Source: Octopus sinensis (lineage: Eukaryota). Taken from it: DNA of 64,000 nt. The notes below the pieces were generated by a model. That model did no database searches, was not told where the DNA came from, and saw only the letters and a list, made by a program, of their open reading frames with translations. Made by a program: the position numbers and the translations under genes. Location: positions 17,546,001 to 17,610,000 of the forward strand of contig NC_043007.1 in NCBI RefSeq assembly GCF_006345805.1, in the 5' to 3' direction. Shown here piece by piece: positions 1-11,647 of this stretch; the stretch's first letter is position 1, and each line of letters starts with the position of its first letter.

Positions 1-130
1 ACGTGCCACCGGCACAGGGGCCAGTCAGGCGGTACTGGCAATGACCTCGCTCAAATCTTTTTACATATGCCACCGGCACAGGTGCCAGTAAGGTGACGTT
101 GGTACTGATCACACTCAAATAGTGCCCTTT
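1..130 (-). mobile_element. RTE-LINE 3' UTR fragment cut by window edge
   Basis: Same sequence as copies at 32788-33066 and 40224-40451 (acgtgccac..ggggccagtcaggcggtactggcaatg). Confidence 0.7.
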
Positions 131-529
131 TGCGTACCACAGGCCACCTATGTATTCACCTATTCACCAGGCATTTGGTCTTATTCCTCAGGCTTTCTCT
201 CACACCCTTCAGTACTGTACTTCTTTCAGTTCAGGGGATCTTGTCTTGTGAGTACTTGATGACTTCCTAGTGCTGGTACCATGGAAACCAATAAAGTGTT
301 GGCATTAGGAAGGGCAGCCAGCTGTAGAAATCATGCTGAAGCTGACATTGGAGCTCAATGCACTAGAATTTATTTTACTGTAAGGTGTAGGTGTGCTTGT
401 ATGGTTACAGAGTTTGCTTCTCAACCACTGTGTAGCACCTTGGGGTGTCTTCTACACGTGCGTGTGTGTGTGTAAGTCTTCACATTACATGATAGATTTA
501 AATGATTGTCACTGTAATCGAAGCAACAT

Positions 530-900
530 CATTCAATTCTTATATTCTGCAAGAACATGTTTGGCTATGAGAAAATATTACCTTGCTTGGAAACAGATGA
601 AGATTGACAACAAGAAGGACATCCAACTGTAGAAAATCTACCTCAATAAATTCCATTCACCCATGCAAACTGGAAAAGTAGACGGTACTGCTTAAGAAGA
701 GTGGTCCCGGTGCACGCACTCGCGCACCCGCACTAGCTAGTCGTGACTAGTCGATCCTTACTTTGTTAAAAAAATTATTTACTTTGCTAGATAGTCATAG
801 GATCGACTAATCACGACTAGCTTGCGCGAGTGCGCGCACCGGGACCACTCTTCTTAAGTAGTACCAAAGTGGACATTAAAACGTTATGATGACAACTGAT
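530..900 (+). mobile_element. RTE-type 3' tail (variant 2) interrupted by a MITE
   Basis: gaaggacatccaactgtagaaaatctacctc...cccatgc...aaagtggacattaaaacg+(GAT)n-like end; same variant at 15290-15492 and 24150-24357. Confidence 0.65.
684..865. mobile_element. Mutator-like foldback MITE (about 75-bp TIRs, 9-bp TSD)
   Basis: GGTACTGCTTAAGAAGAGTGGTCCCGGTGC... at 684 and its reverse complement ending at 865; flanks aaagtagac (675-683) and aaagtggac (866-874). A 9-bp TSD with long TIRs starting GG is the Mutator signature. Confidence 0.75.
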
Positions 901-1271
901 ATCAAGTTGTTATGCATGTATGAGAATTAAACTAGCAATTTTTTCTACAGGGAGAGATCTGTCCCAGGCAACATTTCCGCAAGACATCGTATCTATTCTC
1001 AACAATGAAGTGAAATATGTAGAGATAAATATATTCTATCTGTATAAATAACTAAAGGTCCACAGTGAATTTATATTGCAGATCAACGAAATAGCCTTCA
1101 TCTAACATGCCATCTTGGTATAAAAGTGCATGTATTTAGATTACGTTATTGTACAAGGGGCGAGAAAGTAAAAAGTGTGGCGGTAGAAATTTGTGAATTC
1201 AGCGAAGTGGTTGTTTTTCAGTAATATATCGCCTAATCATCTATTTCCAACATTAATACCCTTCCATACAA

Positions 1272-1659
1272 GGCGAGTTGGCAGAATCGTTAGCATGCCG
1301 AGCGTAATGCGTAGCCATATTTCGTCTGCCGTTACGTTCTGAGTTCAAATTCCGCCGAGGTCGACTTTGCCTTTCATCCTTTCGGGGTCGATAAATTAAG
1401 TACCAGTTACGAACTGGGGTCAATGTAATCGACTTAATACCTATGTCTGTCCTTGTTTGTTCCCTCTGTTTTTAGCCCCTTGTGGGTAGTAAAGAAATAG
1501 GTATTTCGTCTGCCCGCTACGTTCTGAGTTCAAATTCCGCCGAGGTCGACTTTGCCTTTCTTCCTTTCGGGATCGATTAAATAAGTACTGGGGACGATAT
1601 AATCGACTTAATCCGTTTGTCCTCTCTGTGTTTTGCCCCTTGGGGGTAATATAGAAATA
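1272..1659 (+). mobile_element. tRNA-derived SINE family A, 1.5-mer, with about 30-bp TSD
   Basis: Head ggcgagttggcagaatcgttagc, B-box-like gagttcaaattcc, body gtcgactttgcctttcatcctttcggggtcgataa; 32-bp direct repeat at 1242-1273 and 1660-1691. Confidence 0.85.
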
Positions 1660-2103
1660 TATTTCCAACATTAATACCCTTCCATACAAGGTATTCTGCT
1701 CAAATGTCTAAAAGTGTCTTGATTACGGTATAATAAATGTCTGTACAATATTTTGAAGCAATATTCTAAATGAATAATCAGTCATGTAAGAATTACCAGT
1801 CACTACAGAATAGGATAACGCGGAAATTATATATTTATATAAAAAAAAAAAAGGTAATGGGAGATTACTAGCATTTTTACATCTAGTTGCCTCCCTTGTA
1901 CATATTCACCAGCTTGCGAAAAGATAGATAATAACTGAACCGACAGGTTATTGAGCAACAGTATTAGAAATTAACAGTTGAAGAGCTATCTCTACAACCC
2001 AGTCCGTCCAGCTCTAAGAGGTGTGGTATACATTGAGGCTCACAGCTGCAAAACAGTAATACAGGTTCAATTCCTGTGGCATGGAAAAGATACATGTAAT
2101 TAT

Positions 2104-2391
2104 CACGTGACTGACCAGACAAGCAGATGTTGCTACACGTCGCTGGTCACAATGCGCTTTGCATTGTTTTAGCCTTCAAATGACGCCACCCCGCTGACTA
2201 AGCGAGCAGGCCAACAGAAGAAAGAATGAGAGATAGTTGTGGCGAAAGAGTACAGCAGGGATCGCCACCATCCCCTGCCGGAGCCTTGTGGACCTTTTAG
2301 GTGTTTTCACTCAATAAACACTCACAACGCCCGGTCTGGGAATCGAAACCGCGAGTCCGCTGCTCTGACCATGGGGCCGTTGCGCCTCCAC
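2104..2391 (-). mobile_element. tRNA-derived SINE family B
   Basis: Reverse complement of ggaggcgcaacggcccc..gcggactcgc..gtttcgattcccagaccgggcg; 12-bp TSD acatgtaattat (2092-2103, 2392-2403). Confidence 0.85.
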
Positions 2392-2895
2392 ACATGTAAT
2401 TATACTGTGTCCTATCCTGAAAGAAATTTATTTCATATCAAGCTAATACTTTGGATATCACAGTAGAATGCCAACCTTACGACTCGTCTTGTGGCACCTT
2501 TGGTCTTCTATTACAAGCCCAAAGCTAACCAAAACCTTGCAAGTGATTTTGGTAGATAGAAAATGAAATAAACCTGTCGCGTGTATCTGTGAGTGCTAAT
2601 TGCCACACCATCACTTGACAACTGGTGTTGGTTTGTTTATATATATCCCTGTAACTTAACAATTCATCAAAAAAGAGACCGATAGAATAAATACCAGGCT
2701 TTGAAAAAAAAATAAAATAAGTATTGAGAATGATTTGTTCAATTAAACCCTTTAAGGAAGTGCCCCAACATGGCCATAATCCAGCGACTGAAACAATTAA
2801 AAAAAAAATAACAGAATTTTGGATGAGATTAGTTTGAACTGTTGCAGATTATTGTCTTGTTTTTTAATTTAACATCCATTATATATATATATTTA

Positions 2896-2928
<33 letters not shown>

Positions 2929-3017
2929 CTACTAATATAGGATGAAGTTTTTTTACAGAAAAAAATTTCATCAAAAGCAAAGTGGCAGCCTATTAAAATA
3001 CCTTTAAAGGTTAAAAT

Positions 3018-3539
3018 TATAAGCAACTTATAAACAAGGGCAAAAGAAAATTATTTCTATGCCAATATACTGAGAACAGACTTTAAATCATCAATTTCCA
3101 TGATATACGTTGTGCTGAAATCGAGGAGAGCTAGCCAACAGAATTTTCTAAAAATGTTCGTTATTTCTATATTAAATCAATTTGGGAATTAATCCCATAA
3201 TAGGATTTTATATTTAGATGTATCTAGGGTACTTATATGTACTCATGACTTTTGCTTCGGCTTTTTTTCCATGGGCGCATGTAAGTATTTTATTTATTTC
3301 TATTCGTATTTTCTACTGAAGAGGAAAATAAATCTATTATGAGATTAATTCCGAAATTGATTCAATATAGAAATAACGAACTTTTTAGAAAATTCTGTTG
3401 GCTAGCTTTCCTCAATTTCAGCATAACGTATTTCTGTAGTGGGTATAATAATACATGGAAATTGACGATTTAAAAGTCTGTTATCGGCATATTGGCATAG
3501 AAATCATTTTCTTTTGCCCTTGTTTATAAGTTGTTTATA
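3018..3539. mobile_element. Foldback element with about 190-bp inverted arms
   Basis: tataagcaacttataaacaagggcaaaagaaa...ataggattt (3018 to about 3210) is the near-perfect reverse complement of aaatctattat...ttttgcccttgtttataagttgtttata (about 3330-3539); TA-rich flanks; superfamily not assignable. Confidence 0.75.
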
Positions 3540-4411
3540 TATATATATATTACATACATCTTTTACATCACCAAAAAGCTCCTTAGATGCAGTTGATAGC
3601 TTTTGTTACTAAGTAACCTAATCAGTAGTGGAGATAATGTTCTGATAGCATTGCAGCTAGAGTCAGAATAATCTAGAAAAAAATTCAAGGAACTCATAAG
3701 GCATTTATTACATGCTGTGTAAACAAAGAAATTGTCTCTCTCAGTGAAGGACACATTGCAGATGGTTGAGGATAGTCTGATTATTTCAGAATGTCAGCTC
3801 TTTTGACTTTATATTAACTTTCAGAATTTTTGTGTCGCTTGCATTATCGTCTGTCAACTTTGTCTGCAATTCCTTCGGCAAAAGAAACCGATAGAATAAG
3901 TCCTGGGGGTGATTTGCTCGACTAAAGGCAGTGCTCCAGCATGGCCATAGTCAAATGACTGAAACCAGTAAAAGAGTAAAGAGTAAAAAGAGAGTAGCCC
4001 ACCTGAACCCATCTCTGGTTCTCTGATACAAACTTACTGCTTTACAATGAACTTAATTAAAAGCTTCTATCAAAATTTCATTCTAATTAATGTATCAAAC
4101 TTTTGTTTAATAATGACAAAGATATTTTAGTAAAGTCTGCATTATTTTTCAAAATAAATTTAACCAAAGGCAGTGTATTTCAACTGAAATATGATAACTA
4201 TGATATGATAAATAACTAAATATGATAACTTCCAAAGATAAGCTGAATCTTATACTAAAACAAAACCTGAAGGATTACTGATAATGCTGGCTCAAACAGG
4301 ATTTGAACACAGCATTACCACTTCCAACACCTCACAAAATAACAATACATTTGTATAACTCATCACAATTTCAAGATTATTGTTGTTTTAATCCTCACTT
4401 CTCCATGCTTG

Positions 4412-4467
4412 GAATGCGGATTATAGACCATGCTTGGACTGTGGATTATTCTCGAGGATTTACGGTA
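4412..4467. mobile_element. Solo right end of Tc2/pogo-like MITE
   Basis: gcggattat...ctcgaggatttacgg+TA, matching the TIR of 7028-7550. Confidence 0.6.
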
Positions 4468-5054
4468 CTTTTTATTAAGCAATGGTGTTTCCTTTTACAA
4501 ACTTGCTCGGTATTATCTTAGTTAGCTGCTACTTAAGTTTTCTACTCTTAGTTGCATCACACTTGAGTAGCTGACATTATCAAAAGCATCTAGCTGAGAT
4601 TGTCTGAGAGAAAATATGTACACAAACATCTCAACTGCTGATTGGAATCATCCAACCTTTTCAAGAATAGAGGAATATCTAGTCTAGAAATCTCGGGAAA
4701 AAATTGTATAATTTATATTTGTTCATTCATCATAATATCAAAATGTTATTTCAGATATTTCTTTTCTTACTCTCAAGGATTTTTCCTTTTGAAAAATCTC
4801 CAGAGAGAAAATAGATGTTTTTCCTGTAACATCACATTTTTTTAATCCATAGAGAAGAACCATCAGATGCCCAAAGCTTTACAACTTCAGTTAGAAGTGG
4901 CTGTGTGGTTGAGAAGCTTGTTTTGCAACCCCATGGTTTTAAGTTCAATCCCACTGTGTGACACCTTCAGTGACTTCAAGTGACTTCTGTTATAATTCCA
5001 GGTTAACCAATGCCTTGGGAGTGAATTTGGTACATAGAAACTGTGTGGAAAGCA

Positions 5055-5352
5055 GCAAGTTGGCAGAAACGTTAGCATGCCGGGCGAAATGCGTAGCCGT
5101 ATTTCATCTGCCGTTATGTTCTGAGTTCAAATTCCGCCGAGGTCGACTTTGCCTTTCATCCTTTCGGGTCGATAAATTAAGTACCAGTTATGCACTGGGG
5201 TTTATATAATCGACTTAATCCGTTTGTCTGTCCTTGTTTGTCCTCTCTGTCCTCTCTTGTGGGTAGTAAAGAAATAGGTATTTCATCTGCCGTTATGTTC
5301 TGAGTTCAAATCCCGCCAAGGTCAACTTTGCCTTTCATCCTTCCAGGTTCAA
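5055..5352 (+). mobile_element. SINE family A with tandem partial repeat, following a family C head (about 4890-5050)
   Basis: Family A head/body, then aaagaaataggtatttcatctgccg restart junction. Confidence 0.8.
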
Positions 5353-5364
5353 TAAATTAACCAC

Positions 5365-5570
5365 CTGTGTTATCCAAGGGAAACGCAAAGGCTGATACAA
5401 CTTGGCACCTGTGACGTCGTAACTCATTTCTACAGCTGAGTGAACTGGAGCCACATGAAATAAAGTGTCTTGCTCAAGAACACAACACGCAGCCCGATCC
5501 GGGATTCGAGGTCACAACCTCACGATCATAAACTCGATGCTCTAACCACTGAGCCATGTGCCTTCACACT
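5365..5570 (-). mobile_element. CORE-type tRNA SINE family D
   Basis: Reverse complement reads gaaggcacatggctcagtggttagagc...cgtgtgttgtgttcttgagcaagacactttattt (tRNA head plus CORE-like block). Confidence 0.7.
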
Positions 5571-6224
5571 AGTAGGCCATATGCTTAATTTAATTAGAAC
5601 AAAGAATTAAAAAAAAGTTTAATCCTGAATTAACTCAGCTGTTATGTAATTAGGTTACCTTATTTATTTCTTTAATTAGGTTATCCTTATTTATTTTGAT
5701 CAAACAAGTTCTAACTGAAAGTACATCTTGTCTTATCTTTTGTTGTTCCATCTTTCATTCTGTTATCTGGGAACATTTAAAGAGAACCATGCCTTCCTAA
5801 TTTACTTTGGAATCAGTTAATGCCAGAAGTTGGCAGAGTTTGGCAAAGTTTGGGATTAAAAAAAACAAAAAAAAAAAACAGAACAAAAACAACAACAAAA
5901 CAGGTGTTTCTTGGAATACATCAATGGAATTAAGCTGGAAAGGAAATTATCACAGTTCAGTGCTTTGGCTGACATTCAATCTAGAGAAGGAATAATAAGA
6001 AAAAAAAATATGATAATGATGTGAGACATCCAATGGGCATTATCAGTGTTAACTTTTAAATAGAAAAATTGATAGTTCAAGCAAAAGAAGAAGCTGCTAC
6101 ATAGTTACTCTACTTCCTAGAAATAGCAACCAAAGATCAGCCAGCTCTAATGGGCAAATGCGAATGCTGTAGCAAAATTATAGGCAGAGGGAGGAGACGG
6201 CATGTCGATGTCAGAAGTTGTAGT

Positions 6225-6239
6225 AGTAGTAGTAGTAGT

Positions 6240-6304
<65 letters not shown>

Positions 6305-6331
6305 CAGCAGCAGCAGCAGCAGTAGTAGTAA

Positions 6332-6364
<33 letters not shown>

Positions 6365-6440
6365 AAGTATCATCATCATTATCATCATCTTCATCATCAT
6401 CATCATCACCATCATCATCATCACCATCATCATCATCATC
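6225..6440. repeat. Compound (TAG)n/(CAG)n/(CAT)n microsatellite
   Basis: Directly visible; the CAT run is the tail of an RTE-type tip (gtttaacgtccgctttccatgctagcatggg). Confidence 0.95.
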
Positions 6441-7027
6441 GTTTAACGTCCGCTTTCCATGCTAGCATGGGTGTTAGTGAGAAACAAAACATGTCAATCA
6501 AGTCTTTTTTTTGTCTGTGCCATAAATTCTAAAACATAGCTGGGTGGTTAAGAAGAATCTTGCTTACTAACAATAAGGTCTAGGGTTCAATCCCACTGTG
6601 TGACACTTTGGACAAGTGTCTTCTATAGCTCTGGGCTGACCAAGGCTTTGTGTATGGATTTAGATTTAGCAGATTAACTGGAAGCAGCCTGTCGTACGTG
6701 GGTATGTGCACGACTGCATGCATGTGCACAAATGCAGACGTGCACAAATGCATGTATGTGCACAAATGCATGCACATGAGGGCATGAAGGTTGTCCTTTC
6801 TATTTCTCGTGTTGGATTCAGTGAAACAAAAATGGTTTTGTCATGATTACACTCCTAGTGAACAATATACCCCGAAGCTCTGTTCTCTCAAAGTATTGAA
6901 ATAAAGGATTGTAAAAGTAGGATAAGAGTTAGTGACAGGAAGAGTATCCAGCTGTAACAATATTGCCCCAATAACTACTCATCCGACCTCTACTTAGAAA
7001 GAAACAAGAATGTAAAGCAAACAGATA

Positions 7028-7550
7028 CTGTAAATCCTCGAGTATAATCCGCATTTTTTTCCCCCAAATTTAAAGGTCAAAATCCCTAGTGCGTACAATA
7101 TATAAGGTTAGAAATAAAAATTATTTTCTAAGTAATGTCCGAGTCTCTATTTGCTGTCCGGCAATGTTTATTCAGACGCATTTTGTGATGTCGGGAATGA
7201 AAACACCTTAAGCTAAGCCTGAAAGCAATGAAGTCATAAAAGAGTCATCCATAACTTGCAGTAAGCAACATTTATTAAAATAAAAGTATTCAGAACACAG
7301 AATAACATGCAGCAAAAACAATTTGCAAACATATTTACATTCCCATATAACAGTTAAGAACATCATCATTATTGTATTATGCATACACGGAAGTGTTTGT
7401 TCGACTAGGTGCTGCTGGCTTTATTACGCATGACTCAAGTTAGAGAAGGGGTGCGTATTATACACAAGGTTTAGGTTTTTCAGAGGTATAGCCCCCTAAA
7501 AATCTCCTGCGTATTATACTCAAGGGCAGACTATACTTTAGGATTTACAG
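7028..7550. mobile_element. Tc2/pogo-like MITE (TA TSD)
   Basis: TA|CTGTAAATCCTCGAGTATAATCCGC ... cagactatactttaggatttacag|TA; inverted copy at 27940-28451. Confidence 0.85.
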
Positions 7551-8345
7551 TACATTTGTTAAATATCAGCTAGTTCTTGCTAAGCCCCAGGTCAATCTTA
7601 ATCCAGTATACCTGTGATCAAAGGTTTTCTAGCTGTGACCATCGCATCTTTTATTCGGACGGTGTATCGAAGACTATTGTCCAGTATGTTCTTTAATCTT
7701 TAAAAACAGCAGGCTGTAATTTGGGTAACATTTGGCTGATATTTCCAGCATGTAAAGTAACCACGTAGAGGTTCCTTTGTTGATTCACTCTTAGCAATGA
7801 GTGATAGTTTCCCCCAATGGAAATATGTGTGTAACAGATATTATCAAAGTATATTTCTGAAGACAAGAATGATATTTGTTCTCTGTAGCCAGGTATCTGC
7901 ATGTGTTTACACTTGGTTTGCCATTATTTGCTGCTTCCTCTCACTTCAGATAACCTTTATGGAATGTGTTCTTCCTCTCTATAATTACCAATTCCTGTCA
8001 AGGAAATATGTGGCAGACATCATATCAGAAATGTTGTCAATCAGCTAAAATGATGTTCTTTGTAATATAATGGTTCCACATGTATTTGTAATTGGCCTGT
8101 CATTACTAATTCTTTTGAATCTATTGAGGTAGTAGAGAAGATAAATAAAATAGTAGAGAACAGTCTGGAAGGCTTTACATTATCCAGAGCATTATTTTAT
8201 GATTAGGAGTTCAAATCACTGGAGTCTACTTTGCTCTAAATCTCACTGCCGAGTCAATGGACTATGTTTTATTAAGGGTGGGTTTTTTTTTAACAACCAA
8301 TTTTTTATTTTTTTTACAATATAAACAGACTATACTGCTGTTTAA

Positions 8346-8959
8346 CCCTTTTGTTACTGTATTTATTTTGAGACGCTCTGTGTTTCTTTCAATAAATCTA
8401 TATATATAAAGCTGAAGTTGTCTGTGTATGGCAGGTTTGGTAGCCTTCAACTAACACTATCTCCTCCAGACCCTGTGGCGCAAGTTGACCAAAATTGTAA
8501 GTATGATAGAAGAAGGCTTGCTCTTCATTCCATAGAAGATAAAATTCAAATCGGACCATGTTAACACCAAAAATTATTTACATCAAAAAGGTGCTTTTTT
8601 TTTTCTATGAAAATCCCTATTTTTTACGATTTTTTGACTGCTGTGTCACCATTTTTCGGTGTATTTCAACAAGAAAAATGTTCACTTAAAGAGAATAACA
8701 AACTACATAATGCAAAATTTTTACTTTTCAAAAAAATCCAATTCTAAAGGGTCGAAACAAACCCGAGCAATGTCAGGCGATACTGCTAGTTTTAAATATA
8801 ACAAAGAATTTAGTAAAATAACTTAGTTATCATTCAGCTAGTGTTAGGAACATAAATTGTGACTAAGGTTTGGTGGAAGATTTTAATTCAAAACTTATGC
8901 TAACAAGACATTTTACTGCAGAACCAGAGCCGGTTTCAGCTGGGTTGGTAACAAAAGGG
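8346..8959. mobile_element. piggyBac-like MITE (TTAA TSD) containing a nested Helitron
   Basis: TTAA|CCCTTTTGTTAC ... GTAACAAAAGGG|TTAA; internal sequence matches 21330-21550 in inverted orientation. Confidence 0.85.
8397..8789 (+). mobile_element. Non-autonomous Helitron
   Basis: A|TCTATATATATAAAG start, 3' imperfect hairpin cccgagcaatgtcagg, CTAG|T end, no TSD. Confidence 0.85.
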
Positions 8960-9314
8960 TTAAGTATAAACTTTGCACTGAATGTCACAGACAACTAAAC
9001 TAGTGCTTATCTTTGCTTGCTGCTCTCTTTTGGATTGACTTGTGAAGATAGTGGGTGGGGTGAAAGGGTGGGGGAAGAAAGGTATAGTGCACAAAAGGAG
9101 GGTGGGGGCATGAAAGGAATTTGAAATGACTCAAGTAGAAATTGAACAAGCTCAGTTAACACAAGAGTGATGACAGCTGAACAACTATTTAATTCACTGC
9201 TCAGGAATAGCTGTATAATTAAGAAGTTTGCATTGCAACCAAATGATTCCAAGGTTCAATCACAGAGCCCTACATCTTGGGGAAGTGTCTTCTACCATAG
9301 ACTTATGTTGATTA

Positions 9315-9534
9315 AATACCTATTTCTTTACTACTCACAAGGGGCTAAACACAGAGGGGACAAACAAGGACGGACAAACGGATTAAGTCGATTAACTGGT
9401 ACTTAATTTATCAACCCCGAAGTGATGAAAGGCAAAGTCGACCTCAGCAGGATTTGAACTCAGAACGTAATGGCAGACGAAATACTGCTAAGCATTTCAC
9501 CCAGCGTGCTAATGTTTCTGCCAGCTCATCGCCT
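9315..9534 (-). mobile_element. SINE family A (monomer)
   Basis: Reverse complement of family A; tgttgattaaatacct repeated at both ends (TSD-like). Confidence 0.8.
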
Positions 9535-10418
9535 TTGTTGATTAAATACCTTACAAGTGAAATTTGGTGAAATGAACTATAAGAAGTGCCATTATGTAAC
9601 ATCATCTTGATTTAACATCTATTTTCATGCAGGCATGGGTTGGATTGTTTGACAGGGGCTGGTGAGACCAGGAACCACACCAGGCTCCATTTGTCTGTTT
9701 TGGCATGGTTCCTATGACTTGATGCCCTTCCTAATGCCAACCATATTACAGAGTGCACTGGGTGCTTTTTGCATGGCACCATTGGTGTCACCAGGTAGCT
9801 TGCCAGACAAAGACCACTCAGCTGAGAGAGGAATGGAAGCAAGAGTAAATTAAAAACCTTCTCTCAAAGTTTGATGTCAATTTGTGTTGCAAATACCAAC
9901 TTAATAATGACTAAGTTATATTATTGAATTCTTCATTATTTTCCAAATTAATTGAAACAGAGGTAAAACATTTCAGGAAAAATATGGTAAATGGGTTAAT
10001 GTGCAAAGGACAAACGAAATGGCCAAAGGTGGGGCAACAGAAACCTGAAAAAAAAAGTGGGACAAGTGAATAATCTACAATCAATTCAGCTTTCTATAGT
10101 CAGAAATAGTTAAGTTATGGAAATGTTGAGTAGCATTATGAATATTCTCTCATACTTTCCTGATGATTTATGAATATTCTCACATAATATTCTAATGAAT
10201 ATTACCAAGAGGAAAATTCTAGAATGAAAATGAGATGCTTGTATCACTAATATATGGTAAAAATTTAGCGCAAATGGTAAAAACATAGTGTTGTTATCAA
10301 GTAAATGTAATACAATTGTATGAAAGCTTTAAATAAGTAAAACTCCATGAAAAATAAATGTTTGTTGAACCAAAGTGATAACATTTGATTGTAGAAATTA
10401 ATATTGATGATATAGGTT

Positions 10419-10810
10419 TTTGTTGTTGTTGTTGTTGCTGTTGCTGTTGATGTTGAGCGTAGTGGTCTTCGTCCTCTTGGGAGAAGTCTGAAACGTGGTC
10501 CTTTGCTATTCGTAAGACCTGCAGAAGAGAAAGCAGGTCAACCCCCGACACCGAGAGCATCAACGGATGGATGAATGCACATCCAGGCTCAGCGGTTGCG
10601 TAGGAAGTCGGGGACAAGAAACAGGAAGAAAGAGTGAGAGAAAGTTGGGGCGAAAGAGTACAACAGGGGTCGCCACCACCCCCTGCTGGAGACTCGTGGA
10701 GCTTTACGTGTTTTCGCTCAATAAACACACACAACGCCCGGTATGGGAATCGAAACCGTGGTCCTCCGACTGCGAGTCCGCTGCCCTAACCACTGGGCCA
10801 TTGTGCCTTC
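10419..10810 (-). mobile_element. SINE family B with (CAA)n tail
   Basis: tRNA head at the right end (gaaggcacaatggcccagtggttagggcagcggactcgc), body ending in a (caa/cag)n run; TTG repeats on both flanks. Confidence 0.8.
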
Positions 10811-11195
10811 TGTTGTTGTTGTTGTTGTATTGCACCAGCTCAGCTCTGATTGAGCATTCTGACTGAGTACTAATATAGTACACAAATAGTTGGCTGAATA
10901 ACCAAATGAACCACCAAAGGATCCTCCGTATGGTCATTCTGCCTACCACAATTTCAACCAAATCTCCTTCAAATTCTACCCTTTATCTTGACTCTTTGCC
11001 TGTCCTGTGTATCACAAGTGATTCACACAACATATTTCTCTGACATCCACACATCATACATGATACACGTTCCTAATTATTTTAGAACCACCAGAGTAGA
11101 TTAGGACTTTACAATTAACTAAAATCTAAAAACAAGCATGGAATTTGGGACAAATTTATGAAAATACTTTGGATGGACAAGGGGTTAAAATGGAT

Positions 11196-11392
11196 GGCGC
11201 AGGAGTGGCTGTGTGGTAATTAGCTTGCTTACCAACCACATGGTTCTGGGTTCAGTCCCACTGCGTGGCACCTTGGGCAAGTGTCTTCTACTATAGCCTC
11301 GGGCCAACCAAAGCCTTGTGAGTGGATTTGGTAGACGGAAACTGAAAGAAGCCCATCATATATATGTATATGTGTGTGTGTGTGTGTGTGTG

Positions 11393-11433
<41 letters not shown>

Positions 11434-11647
11434 TGTGTCTGTGTTTGTCCCCCAACATCGCTTGACAACCGATGCTGGTGTGTTTGTGTCCCCGTAACTT
11501 AGCAGTTTGGCAAAAGAGACTGATAGAATAAGTACTAGGCTTACAAAGAATAAGTCCTGTGGTCGATTTGCTCGACTGAAGGCGGTGCTCCAGCATGGCC
11601 ACAGTCAGATGATTGAAACAAGTAAAAGAGTAAAAGAGTAAAGAGTA
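11196..11647 (+). mobile_element. CORE-type tRNA SINE family C, full length
   Basis: ggcgcaggagtggctgtgtggtaa..gggttcagtcccactgcgtggcaccttgggcaagtgtctt, internal (TG)n, tail (aaagagta)n. Confidence 0.85.

Noticed and set aside
950-1104. Plus-strand exon-like RDLSQATFPQDIVSILNNE, and minus-strand CAAGATGGC (YY1-like) at about 1107-1115
   Set aside because: Weak donor, conflicting strand interpretations, no supporting context.
1272-1659. Regularly recurring repeats as a CRISPR-like array
   Set aside because: Units are over 150 bp, dispersed on both strands, with no unique spacers and no cas genes; eukaryotic context.
6137-6465. Poly-L/S/V/A ORFs
   Set aside because: Translations of a trinucleotide microsatellite.
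10297-10734. 145-aa ORF with apparent acceptor and poly-Q (LRIAKDHVSDFSQEDEDHYAQHQQQ)
   Set aside because: It lies within a minus-strand SINE B copy; the poly-Q is the SINE's (CAA)n tail.
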